A stretch of 64,000 nucleotides of DNA from Candidatus Omnitrophota bacterium (GTDB lineage Bacteria > Omnitrophota > Gorgyraeia > Pluralincolimonadales > Pluralincolimonadaceae), in the NCBI GenBank assembly GCA_003141835.1, contig PLNR01000006.1, forward strand, positions 78,558-142,557, given 5' to 3'. The position numbers and the translations under genes were made by a program. Under the pieces are notes generated by a model that was not told the origin of the DNA, did no database searches, and saw nothing but the letters and a program-made list of their open reading frames with translations. The first letter of the stretch is position 1, and the number at the start of each line of letters is the position of its first letter. Below, in pieces: positions 16,752 to 25,323 of the stretch.

Positions 16752-17750
16752 TTATGCGGATTTGCGGACGACCAGCTTGGGAGCGAAGAAACGCGTGAAG
16801 GATTTCTTATGGGGGGAGTTTATCGAGTTGAGCAGGTCTGAGCCGGCCTCATAGGAGATATCTGTAACCGGCTGGTCGATGGTGGTTATGGGAGGGTCGA
16901 AGAGCTCGCATATCGGTATGTTATCGAACCCGATTACGGCGACATCCTCCGGGACCTTCTTACCCGCCGCCTTGACAGCTTTTATCGCGCCGATGGCCAT
17001 CCTGTCGTTCGCCGCGAAGATCCCGTCGGGCGGGGAGTCCAGCGACAAGAATTTCTTGGTGGCGATCTCGGCGTCCTCGTACCTGAAATAGCCGCGCTCC
17101 ACGTAATCCGGCCTGAATTGCAGCCCGGCCTCTTCAAGCGCCTGCTTATAGCCCTTTAACCTCTCCTCGGCGTCGAACCAGTTCTCATGCCCGTGGATAA
17201 AGGCTATCCTCTTCCTGCCGGTGTCTATGAGATATTTTGTGGCGATATATCCGCCCTTCCTGTTGTCGCAGCCAAACGAGTCGGCCCTGTCTGAATACGC
17301 GAATAGCAGCGCTACCGGCACCTGGTACTTCCTCAATTCTTCGAGTTTCTCCGTATCGTCTTTCGAAATGGCGACCAGTATCAATCCGCCGACCAGTTTG
17401 CTCTTGTACATCTGGAGGCATTGGTTGCCGTCGAATTTGCCCTGGGTGAATATCATGAGCTGGTAGTTGTTCTCGTTGGCGGCGCGGGCCACCCCTTTGA
17501 TAGTATCTATCGCGAAAAAATCGGTATTTATAAAAGTGTCTTTGGGAAATATGAGGCCTATTACGTTTATCTTCTTTGAGGCGAGGCTCGCGGCGTGGAT
17601 GTTAGGGAAATATTTCTCTTTGTCGAGATGTTTTAAAATGAGCTCCCGCGTACCATCGGCCACGTTCTTGTCGTTCTTCAGGACCCTGGAGATGGTCCGG
17701 CGCGAGATGTTGAGTTTCTGCGCGAGTTCCTCCAGCGACTTTACGCTCAT
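16752..17750 (-). CDS. LacI-family transcriptional regulator
   Basis: 332 aa. N-terminal HTH LEELAQKLNISRRTISRVL followed by a periplasmic-binding-protein-like sugar-binding domain. Confidence 0.88.
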   Translation of the reverse strand: MSVKSLEELAQKLNISRRTISRVLKNDKNVADGTRELILKHLDKEKYFPNIHAASLASKKINVIGLIFPKDTFINTDFFAIDTIKGVARAANENNYQLMIFTQGKFDGNQCLQMYKSKLVGGLILVAISKDDTEKLEELRKYQVPVALLFAYSDRADSFGCDNRKGGYIATKYLIDTGRKRIAFIHGHENWFDAEERLKGYKQALEEAGLQFRPDYVERGYFRYEDAEIATKKFLSLDSPPDGIFAANDRMAIGAIKAVKAAGKKVPEDVAVIGFDNIPICELFDPPITTIDQPVTDISYEAGSDLLNSINSPHKKSFTRFFAPKLVVRKSA

Positions 17751-17807
17751 TTACCGACCTTTCCCATAAATGACATACTATCAGACAAGCCGGAAAAAGT
17801 AAACTCC

Positions 17808-17840
17808 GAAAAAAAGACCGCTGCCCTGAATAGCAGCGGT
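17808..17840 (-). terminator. Rho-independent terminator (minus strand) downstream of the PEP-CTERM gene
   Basis: On the minus strand the RNA reads ACCGCUGC-UAUUCAGG-GCAGCGGU, an 8-bp stem followed by CUUUUUUU. Confidence 0.6.
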
Positions 17841-18005
17841 TGGGTCATTTGCCTCTTAGGCAGCATCAGCATGGGGGGGTATCGCATGAACAAAGAAGCC
17901 GTAATATGTTCCCCCCTTCTGCCGATATCCTGATCAAGGAACCGGCCCTGCCTTGTCTTATTTGTGGGGGATGAGATTTTAGCAGGGCCGGCCCCCTAAA
18001 TCAAG

Positions 18006-18659
18006 TTACTTTTTCCTTCTCAACCCAAATATACCTACTAAACCTGAACCGAGCAATAAAAGGCTCGCCGGTTCCGGGACAGCAGCCGTATCGAGCTGTG
18101 CATCATCCCAGTAGAACGTACCGGTGTTTGAAGAGAGGTTCTTTTCAACCAGGAGGTTGGCCAGGACAATTGCCGTGCCATCCGGTGTTTTGAACCCTGC
18201 CGGAAGCGCCAACTGCGTCCAGTCAAACGTTCCTGTCGGAGCTGTAACAAACGTTTTAGCGATCTGAGCACCGTCGGAGTTCTTGAACTCAAGCTGAAGC
18301 TTGGGGTTCGCGCCATTACGGGCTGTGCTCTTAAGCCATACTGAAGCTGAGATGTCCTGATTACCGCCGATCTCTACTTCCTGGCCCCATCCTGCCCAAG
18401 TGTTTTTGTTGCCTGATGTAGGCGAAGTAAGTATTGAGATCCTTCCGCTCTGGTTGCCTGTATGCTTTTCCGCGGTTGACGTCTTCAGTTCGACATCACT
18501 AATCTCAGGAAACTGACGCAGGCCCCACCAGTTCTCCGGATCCGCATTGTTGGTCATAGGATTTTCGAAGCTCGAGTTGATCAACATGTTGGCATGCGCT
18601 GTTGAGGACAACAAAAGCACCATACCCGCTACTAACCCAAGGAAGAACAGTTTCTTCAC
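18006..18659 (-). CDS. Secreted CBM-like beta-sandwich protein with C-terminal PEP-CTERM sorting signal
   Basis: 217 aa with a GTG start. Signal peptide MKKLFFLGLVAGMVLLLSSTAHA. The C-terminus VPEPASLLLLGSGLVGIFGLRRKK is a PEP-CTERM anchor (PEP, hydrophobic helix, basic tail). Confidence 0.8.
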   Translation of the reverse strand: MKKLFFLGLVAGMVLLLSSTAHANMLINSSFENPMTNNADPENWWGLRQFPEISDVELKTSTAEKHTGNQSGRISILTSPTSGNKNTWAGWGQEVEIGGNQDISASVWLKSTARNGANPKLQLEFKNSDGAQIAKTFVTAPTGTFDWTQLALPAGFKTPDGTAIVLANLLVEKNLSSNTGTFYWDDAQLDTAAVPEPASLLLLGSGLVGIFGLRRKK

Positions 18660-18854
18660 TTGTCTACCCCCTTTCCCTTTTTATGTTTCTGTGCATATTC
18701 TGCCCCCGAGGGCAAAATAAAGGATAAAACAAAATGTGGTTATTTAGATCCGAGGATTGTTAAGGAACTACGTAAAATTTACCACGCTATCGCAGGTTTG
18801 TCAAGAAAACTAATTTGCTATTTTTTAGTAATTTTTTGCCCACGTGCGCAACGG

Positions 18855-20084
18855 CTATTTCCCGAACGATATATCGTCTACGTATATCCTTCCGGTCTTC
18901 TTATCGGAGTTCACTTCATCGTCAAAACGGATGACAAATTCCGACACCGAAGAGATATCCTTTAGATCGGTGAATTCCTTCACCGGTATCACGAACCTCT
19001 TCCAATCTTTTGTTATCCCGGAAAGCGTATATCTCCCGACTTCTCCTTTGCGGTTCTTGAGCTCCATCCTGATCCCTTTCGAGAAACCTACCGTCTCGTC
19101 GCCCTTTATCCAAAGGCTTAATTTTCCGTATTGGGAAAGGTCCAGGTTCTGCAGCGCCATCCAAAGACCGACCATGGCCTGGTTAGGTGAATCTACGTCA
19201 TAGTCAATCTGGAGGGAGAAACCGGAATCCCCGCGCTTGATATTCTGGTTATAAGTCAAGGTGCAACTCTGGGTATTGTCATTGGGGTCTTTTGCCCAGG
19301 TCCCGCCGCCTGATTCCAGATCGCCTGCGTTGAAATTGGCCACCACTAGCGACAATCCGGTCTCCTCTTCCTGGCCGCCGCTTGTCCCGGTTTCAACCTT
19401 TTCCGTCTTATCTTTTTCCACGAGCGTCACGGTCTTGGCGCCGGGGCGCGTATCCGCAAGCATATAGCCCTTAATGCCTCCCTTAGTTTTTATCTCTTCG
19501 GCCGCCGCGTCGTCAGCATAGAACCTCCCTGTGCCGTTCTCCTTATTGTCGAACTCCACGACGAAATTACAGCTATCGGTATCAGCCGGGGCTACGGCCG
19601 ACATTGTAACGGGTGTCCATTTCGTCGTCGACATCTCCGGCCCGAGCGTCCGCCCGTAATCGCGGCTTATCTCCACGTCTATCTCTTTGTTATCTTTATC
19701 CTTTCCCTTCTTACGCCATTCTATATGCAACTGGCCGAACGCATTGCCGCTTACCGGGTTTGATCCGTAGTTCAGGAAATATGCGGAAAAGTTATACCTG
19801 TACCCGGCTTTCGCGTTTCTATACGTATAGTAGACGCCGGTCGACTCGTTCTGTTTGGGGCAATCCATATAGACCGATTGCTGCCCTCTCCTGCGTTCCG
19901 TCGTAGAGATCCCGTTAAAATTATCATTCCAGCTTCCCCAACCGGACGGGGTCTGGTCCTTGAAACCGGGGCGATTTTCGAAACTCTCATTCTTAAGGAG
20001 GTTCTTCCCGATCAACGGGCTTTCGACGGCATACAGCGGCGCCGCAACAGCGATGATGAGCACTACTAAAAATATCCGCAGCAT
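18855..20084 (-). CDS. Secreted protein with two CBM-like (carbohydrate-binding-type) beta-sandwich domains
   Basis: The signal peptide MLRIFLVVLIIAVAAPLYA starts at the second ATG (20084), which is preceded by GGGAGAAAGG. The track start at 20105 lies only 4 nt from the upstream stop. The C-terminal domain (LWIKGDETVG...GRIYVDDISF) resembles the N-domain of the <1..1128 protein. Confidence 0.6.
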   Translation of the reverse strand: MLRIFLVVLIIAVAAPLYAVESPLIGKNLLKNESFENRPGFKDQTPSGWGSWNDNFNGISTTERRRGQQSVYMDCPKQNESTGVYYTYRNAKAGYRYNFSAYFLNYGSNPVSGNAFGQLHIEWRKKGKDKDNKEIDVEISRDYGRTLGPEMSTTKWTPVTMSAVAPADTDSCNFVVEFDNKENGTGRFYADDAAAEEIKTKGGIKGYMLADTRPGAKTVTLVEKDKTEKVETGTSGGQEEETGLSLVVANFNAGDLESGGGTWAKDPNDNTQSCTLTYNQNIKRGDSGFSLQIDYDVDSPNQAMVGLWMALQNLDLSQYGKLSLWIKGDETVGFSKGIRMELKNRKGEVGRYTLSGITKDWKRFVIPVKEFTDLKDISSVSEFVIRFDDEVNSDKKTGRIYVDDISFGK

Positions 20085-20109
20085 TAAAACACCTTTCTCC
20101 CTCATAGGA

Positions 20110-22869
20110 TCACTTTTTGGCCTTCTTCTCTTTCGCCACTATCTCCATGAAGATCGCCACGATCTTCGGGTCGAAATGCGTCCCTGATTCTTCTCTTATT
20201 ATCTTCAGGGCCTCCCTCTTCGGGTAGGCCTTCCGGTACGGCCTGTTGGAAACGAGGGCCTGGTATACGTCTACGACCGCGATTATCCTGGCGCCGATCG
20301 GTATCTCATCGCCCTTCAATTTGGAGCCGTACCCGTATCCGTCGTATCTCTCGTGGTGGTGCAGGATGATCGGGACGACATCCTTAAGGAAATGCACGGG
20401 CCTGATTATGTCCGCGCCGATCTGCGGGTGCTTCTTTATTACCTCGAACTCCTTCTTGGTGAGCTTGCCGCGCTTGAGGAGTATCTTCTCGCCGATGCCG
20501 AGCTTGCCTATGTCGTGGAGCATGGCGCCGTGCTTGAGGTCGTCGAGCTCCTGGTCCGTAAGATTCATTTTCTTGCCCACCTCGGTCGATAATTTCACCA
20601 TCTCTTCCGAGTGCTCCTCGGTATACGCGTTCTTGGCACCTACCGTGTGCGCCAGGGCATAGACCGCCTCTATCGTATTCTGTTTGTTGCGCCTGAGGAG
20701 TTCCAGGAATTTATTCGTGATACTGCTCAGACGTTTCTGCGAATCGGCATCTACGGGCGGCGCCGAGGCCTTCTTCTTGCGCAGCTGGCTGGAGACGCTT
20801 ATCGTGTCACCGCCTTGTTCTTTCGCGAGGCGCACGCACTTATCCGCGCTCGTAAGCAGCTGGTCTACGGTGGCGACGCCATCCGCAGGATATGAGCAGA
20901 TGCCGATGCTTATCCTGAGTTTCACTTTATTCGCCCCGAACCTGTGTTTCTTTATTATCCTTTGTATCCTGTCGGCAAAGGCCAGGGCGCCATTCTCTTC
21001 CGTATCCGGCAGGATGATGGCGAAACCCTCGCCTTCGAACCTCGTTACGACGTCTATGCCGCGTGAAGCGTGCTGCAGGACTATGGCGAACTCCTGCAGG
21101 ACCGTATCGCCGTACTCGTGCCCGTAGGTGTCGTTCACGGATTTGAAATAATCTATGTCCACCATGAGTATCGAAAGCGGCGTCGCCCTGCGTTTCGCCA
21201 GCTCGAATTCGGAATGTATCCTCCTCTGGAGGTAGCGGTAATTATAGAGCTGGGTGTGCGGGTCTATCAGGGCCAGGGCTTCGGCTTCCTTCTTTTCGCG
21301 TTCGATCCGCTTGAGCTCCGATATGTCCCTGAATATTCCCTGCGCCACTTTCTTGCCGCCAAGCTCGAAGACAGAGGCGCTTATATAGACAGGTATCCTT
21401 TCACCCTTTGAATTGAATATCTCCGCTTCAAGAGAGGGATTATGAGAGCCTTTAGATTCCTCCGCTGCCTTGACGATATCGCGGAATTTCTCCTGATAGC
21501 TCTCGGCTTCTTCCGGAGGATGGAGCCTGACCTGGTTAATCCCGATAAGCTCTTTCCTGGGCCTGCCAATAAGCTCTTCCACCTGTTTATTGACATCCAA
21601 TATTTCGCCTGTCCGCGTATCCATTATGACTATCGCGTCGTTTGCTGACTCGAAGATACTTTTGAATTTATCTTCGGATTCCTTGAGCTGGAACTCAAGT
21701 TTTCTCCTGACCGTTATGTCGCGCGCGATGCCTGTCGTCCCGATCACTTCGCCTTTTTCGTTGAAGATAGGGGTCTTGATCGTCTCGATCCATGTCACTA
21801 TTCCTTCCTTGTCGTGCATGGGCTCTTCTATGACTTTTCTCCTCCCGGTCCGCATGACCTCGGCATCATCAGCCCTGTAGCTCTGCGCGAGGTTCTTGGG
21901 CCAACAATCAAAATCCGTCTTTCCGACAATGTCTTTGGCCGCCATGCCGCAGGCTTTCGCGAATGATTCGTTTGCCGCGATAAACCTGCTTTCTTTATCT
22001 TTTAGCCATGCCATATCGGGTATATTGTCAAGTATAGCTTCCTGCTGCCTCTCGGCCTCTTTAAGTGTTTCTTCTGTCCGTTTCCGCTTTGTGATATCGA
22101 ACATGACACCCTGGAGGAAGAGCGGTTTCCCTGATTCGTCTTTTACTACTGACGCCTCATCGGTGATCCATATAACACGGCCGTCCTTCCTCATCATCCT
22201 GTAATCCACCCGGAAAGATGACATTGCCTTATGGCATTTCTCCAGCTCGGATAGTACCCTGTCCCGGTCTTCCGGATACAGCTGTTTCAGCCATACCTCC
22301 GCGCTCGACTTATAGTACTCTTCCGGGGTGAACCCCAGCAGGTCCTTGATCTGGGGGCTGATGAAAAGCGTCCTGCTGTCCTTGCCCAGTTCCGCGATGT
22401 AAGTGACCGCCGGAAGTTTTTCGACAAGTGAACGGTATTTTTTTTCCGTCTTCTCCCTCTCTTCGTCTAAATATTTACGCTCGGTCACATCTTCTACGAC
22501 TTCGATCGCGGCGATCACGTTGCCGTTCTTGTCTTTGACCGGAGAGGAGACTACGCGGAAATTGATTATTTTATCGAATCGGGGGGTCTCGGTGACCGCC
22601 TCGTGGACTTTTCCGTCTTTCAGGGTTTTGGCGGTCGGACAATATGTACATTTCTCGTTGCGCGGCGGATTATTGAAACAGGAATAACAGATAGGCTTTT
22701 TGTTTACGTCCACTTCGGGAAACCACTTCTTCATGACTTTGTTTAAAGCGAGGATCTCCATCTCCGGGCTTATTACGGAGACGCCCATGCCGAAGTCGTC
22801 GAATAACGCGAAAGCGGCTTTATTCTCTTTGACCCAGTTATCGTTCTTTACGAAGAGGTTTACGAACAT
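20110..22869 (-). CDS. Multidomain c-di-GMP signalling protein: several PAS/PAC domains, degenerate GGDEF, HD-GYP
   Basis: 919 aa. The GGDEF region has RFEGEGF in place of RYGGEEF, with the upstream RGID I-site retained. The HD-GYP domain (LHDIGK...HHHERYDGYGYG) has GYG in place of GYP. The first PAS-like domain contains CYSC...CTYC. Confidence 0.8.
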   Translation of the reverse strand: MFVNLFVKNDNWVKENKAAFALFDDFGMGVSVISPEMEILALNKVMKKWFPEVDVNKKPICYSCFNNPPRNEKCTYCPTAKTLKDGKVHEAVTETPRFDKIINFRVVSSPVKDKNGNVIAAIEVVEDVTERKYLDEEREKTEKKYRSLVEKLPAVTYIAELGKDSRTLFISPQIKDLLGFTPEEYYKSSAEVWLKQLYPEDRDRVLSELEKCHKAMSSFRVDYRMMRKDGRVIWITDEASVVKDESGKPLFLQGVMFDITKRKRTEETLKEAERQQEAILDNIPDMAWLKDKESRFIAANESFAKACGMAAKDIVGKTDFDCWPKNLAQSYRADDAEVMRTGRRKVIEEPMHDKEGIVTWIETIKTPIFNEKGEVIGTTGIARDITVRRKLEFQLKESEDKFKSIFESANDAIVIMDTRTGEILDVNKQVEELIGRPRKELIGINQVRLHPPEEAESYQEKFRDIVKAAEESKGSHNPSLEAEIFNSKGERIPVYISASVFELGGKKVAQGIFRDISELKRIEREKKEAEALALIDPHTQLYNYRYLQRRIHSEFELAKRRATPLSILMVDIDYFKSVNDTYGHEYGDTVLQEFAIVLQHASRGIDVVTRFEGEGFAIILPDTEENGALAFADRIQRIIKKHRFGANKVKLRISIGICSYPADGVATVDQLLTSADKCVRLAKEQGGDTISVSSQLRKKKASAPPVDADSQKRLSSITNKFLELLRRNKQNTIEAVYALAHTVGAKNAYTEEHSEEMVKLSTEVGKKMNLTDQELDDLKHGAMLHDIGKLGIGEKILLKRGKLTKKEFEVIKKHPQIGADIIRPVHFLKDVVPIILHHHERYDGYGYGSKLKGDEIPIGARIIAVVDVYQALVSNRPYRKAYPKREALKIIREESGTHFDPKIVAIFMEIVAKEKKAKK

Positions 22870-22895
22870 TGACCCTTTCGATCCGCTCAGGACTT

Positions 22896-23684
22896 TTACT
22901 TGCCCTTGAGGCTGGTTAACATCTGCTTCGCTTTATCGAAAGAAATATTGTCATGGACGATGGCCCGGATGGTCTTTATCATAGCCACCGGATCCCTGGA
23001 CTGCCATATATTGCGGCCCATATCCACGCCGCATGCGCCGCGCCTTATCGCCTCATACGCTATCTCGAGCGCGTCCGTTTCGGTCTTTAACTTCGGGCCG
23101 CCTGCGATGACTAGCGGGACAGGGCAGCTCTTTACCACTTTCTCGAAATCTTCGCAGTAATATGTCTTTACGAAGCTTGCGCCTAATTCGGCGGCTATCC
23201 TGCAGGAGAGCGAAAGGTAACGGGCGTCCCTCTTCTCGAGTTCTTTCCCGACCGCGGTCACGGCAAGCACCGGGACGCCGTATTCCATACCCTCGTCTAC
23301 AAGCCTTGAAAAACTCACGATTGTCTGGTGCTCATGTTTCGAGCCGATATATATCGAGAAAGCCACGGCTGAGACGTTGAGGCGCACCGCGTCCTTCATC
23401 GAAACCGTGATCTCCTCGTTCGAAAGGTCTTCGCCTATTATGGTGTTCCCGCCTGAGGCCCTGAGGACTATCGGTATATCGTTGCCTGCGTCAATACAAT
23501 TCCGCAGTACTCCCCGCGTGGGCATAAGGGCATCAGTATAAGGAAGCAGGGGTTTAACGGTCTTGGAAGGATCTTCTAATCTTTGGACGGGTCCGAGGAA
23601 ATACCCGTGGTCTATTGCGAGCATGACTGTGCGGCCGTCCGGTTTTATTATCCGGCTTAAACGGTTCTTGAGTCCCCAATCCAT
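22896..23684 (-). CDS. Class I (DhnA/archaeal-type) fructose-bisphosphate aldolase / ADH-synthase family protein
   Basis: Translated from the ATG at 23684 (MDWGLKNRLSRII...), the protein has the conserved AIDHG and Schiff-base Lys region (VKTYY) and the 262-aa size of this family. A Shine-Dalgarno AAGGAG sits 7 nt upstream. The track start at 23783 would translate through the inverted-repeat element and is rejected. Confidence 0.75.
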   Translation of the reverse strand: MDWGLKNRLSRIIKPDGRTVMLAIDHGYFLGPVQRLEDPSKTVKPLLPYTDALMPTRGVLRNCIDAGNDIPIVLRASGGNTIIGEDLSNEEITVSMKDAVRLNVSAVAFSIYIGSKHEHQTIVSFSRLVDEGMEYGVPVLAVTAVGKELEKRDARYLSLSCRIAAELGASFVKTYYCEDFEKVVKSCPVPLVIAGGPKLKTETDALEIAYEAIRRGACGVDMGRNIWQSRDPVAMIKTIRAIVHDNISFDKAKQMLTSLKGK

Positions 23685-23703
23685 GTTGTAGCTCCTTTTT
23701 AGC

Positions 23704-23781
23704 GGGGACGTTCCAAAAAGGGTACACTCCACTTTCTTATTTATCATCTGAAAGTGGGGTGTCCCTTTTTGGGACGTCCCC
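23704..23781 (-). repeat. Inverted-repeat element, copy 2 (homologous to 12945..13016)
   Basis: Arm A (23704-23730) is ggggacgttccaaaaagggtacactcc. Arm B (23756-23781) is ggggtgtccctttttgggacgtcccc, the reverse complement of arm A with 3 mismatches. The A/T-rich core resembles that of copy 1 (agatgaWaaaUa). The element sits between a sigma70-like promoter and the aldolase Shine-Dalgarno. Confidence 0.8.
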
Positions 23782-23784
23782 ATA

Positions 23785-23812
23785 ATTATACCCTATTTGC
23801 CTTATTTTTCAA
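23785..23812 (-). promoter_or_regulatory. Sigma70-type promoter (TTGAAA-16-TATAAT) firing into IR element copy 2 and the aldolase gene
   Basis: Minus strand: -35 TTGAAA (plus 23807-23812), 16-nt spacer, -10 TATAAT (plus 23785-23790). The predicted TSS falls in the first Gs of the IR arm. Confidence 0.55.
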
Positions 23813-23832
23813 GAGTCATAGAAACGTTTCGT

Positions 23833-25317
23833 TTATAACTCCCCGTTCCTGCTCTTTTCGATCAGGTACTGGAGCATCTCGAGCTCCCCCTTATCGAACC
23901 AGATATTTCCGCATTTTAAACATTTATCTATGATGACCGGGAGACCGTATGTGAAGAAGCCGCGTTCCATCGCCTCCCCGCACTTGGGACAGGGCAGCTT
24001 ATCTGTCACGTTAAAAAAATTAGGCGGGGCCTCCCTCCAATGGCTTTTCATGAGCGCTTCGGCAGCCTCTGTTATCTCGCCGGGAAATGAATAATTTTCC
24101 CTTGCGATCACCCTGCTCGCTACATCAGAGGCGGCCAAAACACCTCCGCAAAAACGGCACTTCATCGCAGGCGCGCCCTCATATGATATTTCCGAGAGCC
24201 CCTGGCCGCATTTAGGGCAAGAGAGCTGCCCTCCCTCACCTGAGGCGGAAAGCCCTTCCAATTCTACGGGTTCCTCTTCGACCACTGTTTTATAAGGCAT
24301 CCTTATGTTCCTCTTTAGCGATACCAGGTCGGAGTGCGCCATGCCAAGCAGGACTTTCAAGCGGTTCCTGACCGGGGGATGCGTCGAAAACAGGTCGGAA
24401 AAGATACCTTCGGATTCCTCAAGGCCTCCTGTATCCGGGCTCGTTATGAATATGGGCGATAGCGAATCAGGGATCACTCCGACACCACGCCATCCCCTGG
24501 AAATAAGGTAAAGCGCCTCGGAGAACGCGACCGGGTCCCTTGTAAGGCGGACCGCGACCGCGTCGGCCCGGTATTCGCGCTGCCTGGAGATGAACATATT
24601 AAGGAGGTAATTCGCGCCTTTTATGACGAAGAGCACCAGGTAGACGACCAAAAGGTATGCCCCGAACCTCGCGCCGACACTTACCCTCTCTTCGGAGCTG
24701 TCGCCGGACCTCGTCAAGGTGATCCTGTTGATCCCTTCGAGGAGCGCGCCGTATATGCCGAAGAGTGAGCATATTACCGTCGTAGAAAAGCTGTCTCCCG
24801 AGGCGATGTGCGCTGCCTCGTGGCCGATGACCGCCTCGAGCTGGCTCCTGCTAAGCCTTGAAAGCAGCCCCTCGGTGACGCCTATTGCGGAATTCCCCTC
24901 GAAATCCGATACGGCGAAGGCGTTCATCCCGCTCGACGGCACGACATAACAGCTTATCTTCCTTCCGCCTGTGGCGACCGAAACCTCATCGACGACATTT
25001 TGGAACATCTTGTGGTAGGTATCCTTGGGATCCGGCGGCCTCGCATCGAGCAATATCGTCACATCCGATATCATGTTCTTGGTCGAATAGTACCAATGGA
25101 GGGATGCAATTACGAGCGCAACGGCAAATACTATTACGAACTCTCCCGGGGAGAAGAGCCCGGCCGGGCCGGTAAACGAGGACGGAAAATTAAAAAATAA
25201 CCTCGTCACTATCCATAGGAGCTCGGCGGCGAGGAAATAAAAGACCATCAGGAAGGCGAAGACTATCGATATTACCCACGTCTTCTCTTTCTCTATCTCG
25301 ACGAATGAGTAGGGCAT
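23833..25317 (-). CDS. M48-family zinc metallopeptidase (HtpX-like) with C-terminal zinc-ribbon domains
   Basis: 494 aa. N-terminal TM helices. HExxH zinc site in VIGHEAAHIASGD. The C-terminus carries two CxxC...CxxC ribbons (CPKCGQG...CRFCGG and CPKCGEA...CLKCGN). Confidence 0.8.
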   Translation of the reverse strand: MPYSFVEIEKEKTWVISIVFAFLMVFYFLAAELLWIVTRLFFNFPSSFTGPAGLFSPGEFVIVFAVALVIASLHWYYSTKNMISDVTILLDARPPDPKDTYHKMFQNVVDEVSVATGGRKISCYVVPSSGMNAFAVSDFEGNSAIGVTEGLLSRLSRSQLEAVIGHEAAHIASGDSFSTTVICSLFGIYGALLEGINRITLTRSGDSSEERVSVGARFGAYLLVVYLVLFVIKGANYLLNMFISRQREYRADAVAVRLTRDPVAFSEALYLISRGWRGVGVIPDSLSPIFITSPDTGGLEESEGIFSDLFSTHPPVRNRLKVLLGMAHSDLVSLKRNIRMPYKTVVEEEPVELEGLSASGEGGQLSCPKCGQGLSEISYEGAPAMKCRFCGGVLAASDVASRVIARENYSFPGEITEAAEALMKSHWREAPPNFFNVTDKLPCPKCGEAMERGFFTYGLPVIIDKCLKCGNIWFDKGELEMLQYLIEKSRNGEL

Positions 25318-25323
25318 TTAACT

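Noticed and set aside
17841-18005. Possible small ORF or sRNA in the 256-nt gap between the LacI gene and the PEP-CTERM gene
   Set aside because: The only ORF is 15 codons with no Shine-Dalgarno. The gap is explained by a terminator hairpin (17808-17840) and promoter space. No structural evidence for an RNA gene could be established by eye.
20246-22204. Multiple 60-150-aa plus-strand ORFs inside the 919-aa signalling gene
   Set aside because: They are entirely contained antisense to a continuous, domain-rich minus-strand ORF. Their composition is Ser/Leu-rich, typical of antisense frames.
23685-23783. N-terminal extension of the aldolase ORF (MGTSQKGTPHFQMINKKVECTLFGTSPLKRSYN...)
   Set aside because: The extension is the read-through translation of the inverted-repeat element and promoter. 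The conserved aldolase core begins at MDWGLKNRLSRII (ATG at 23684), which has a proper Shine-Dalgarno.
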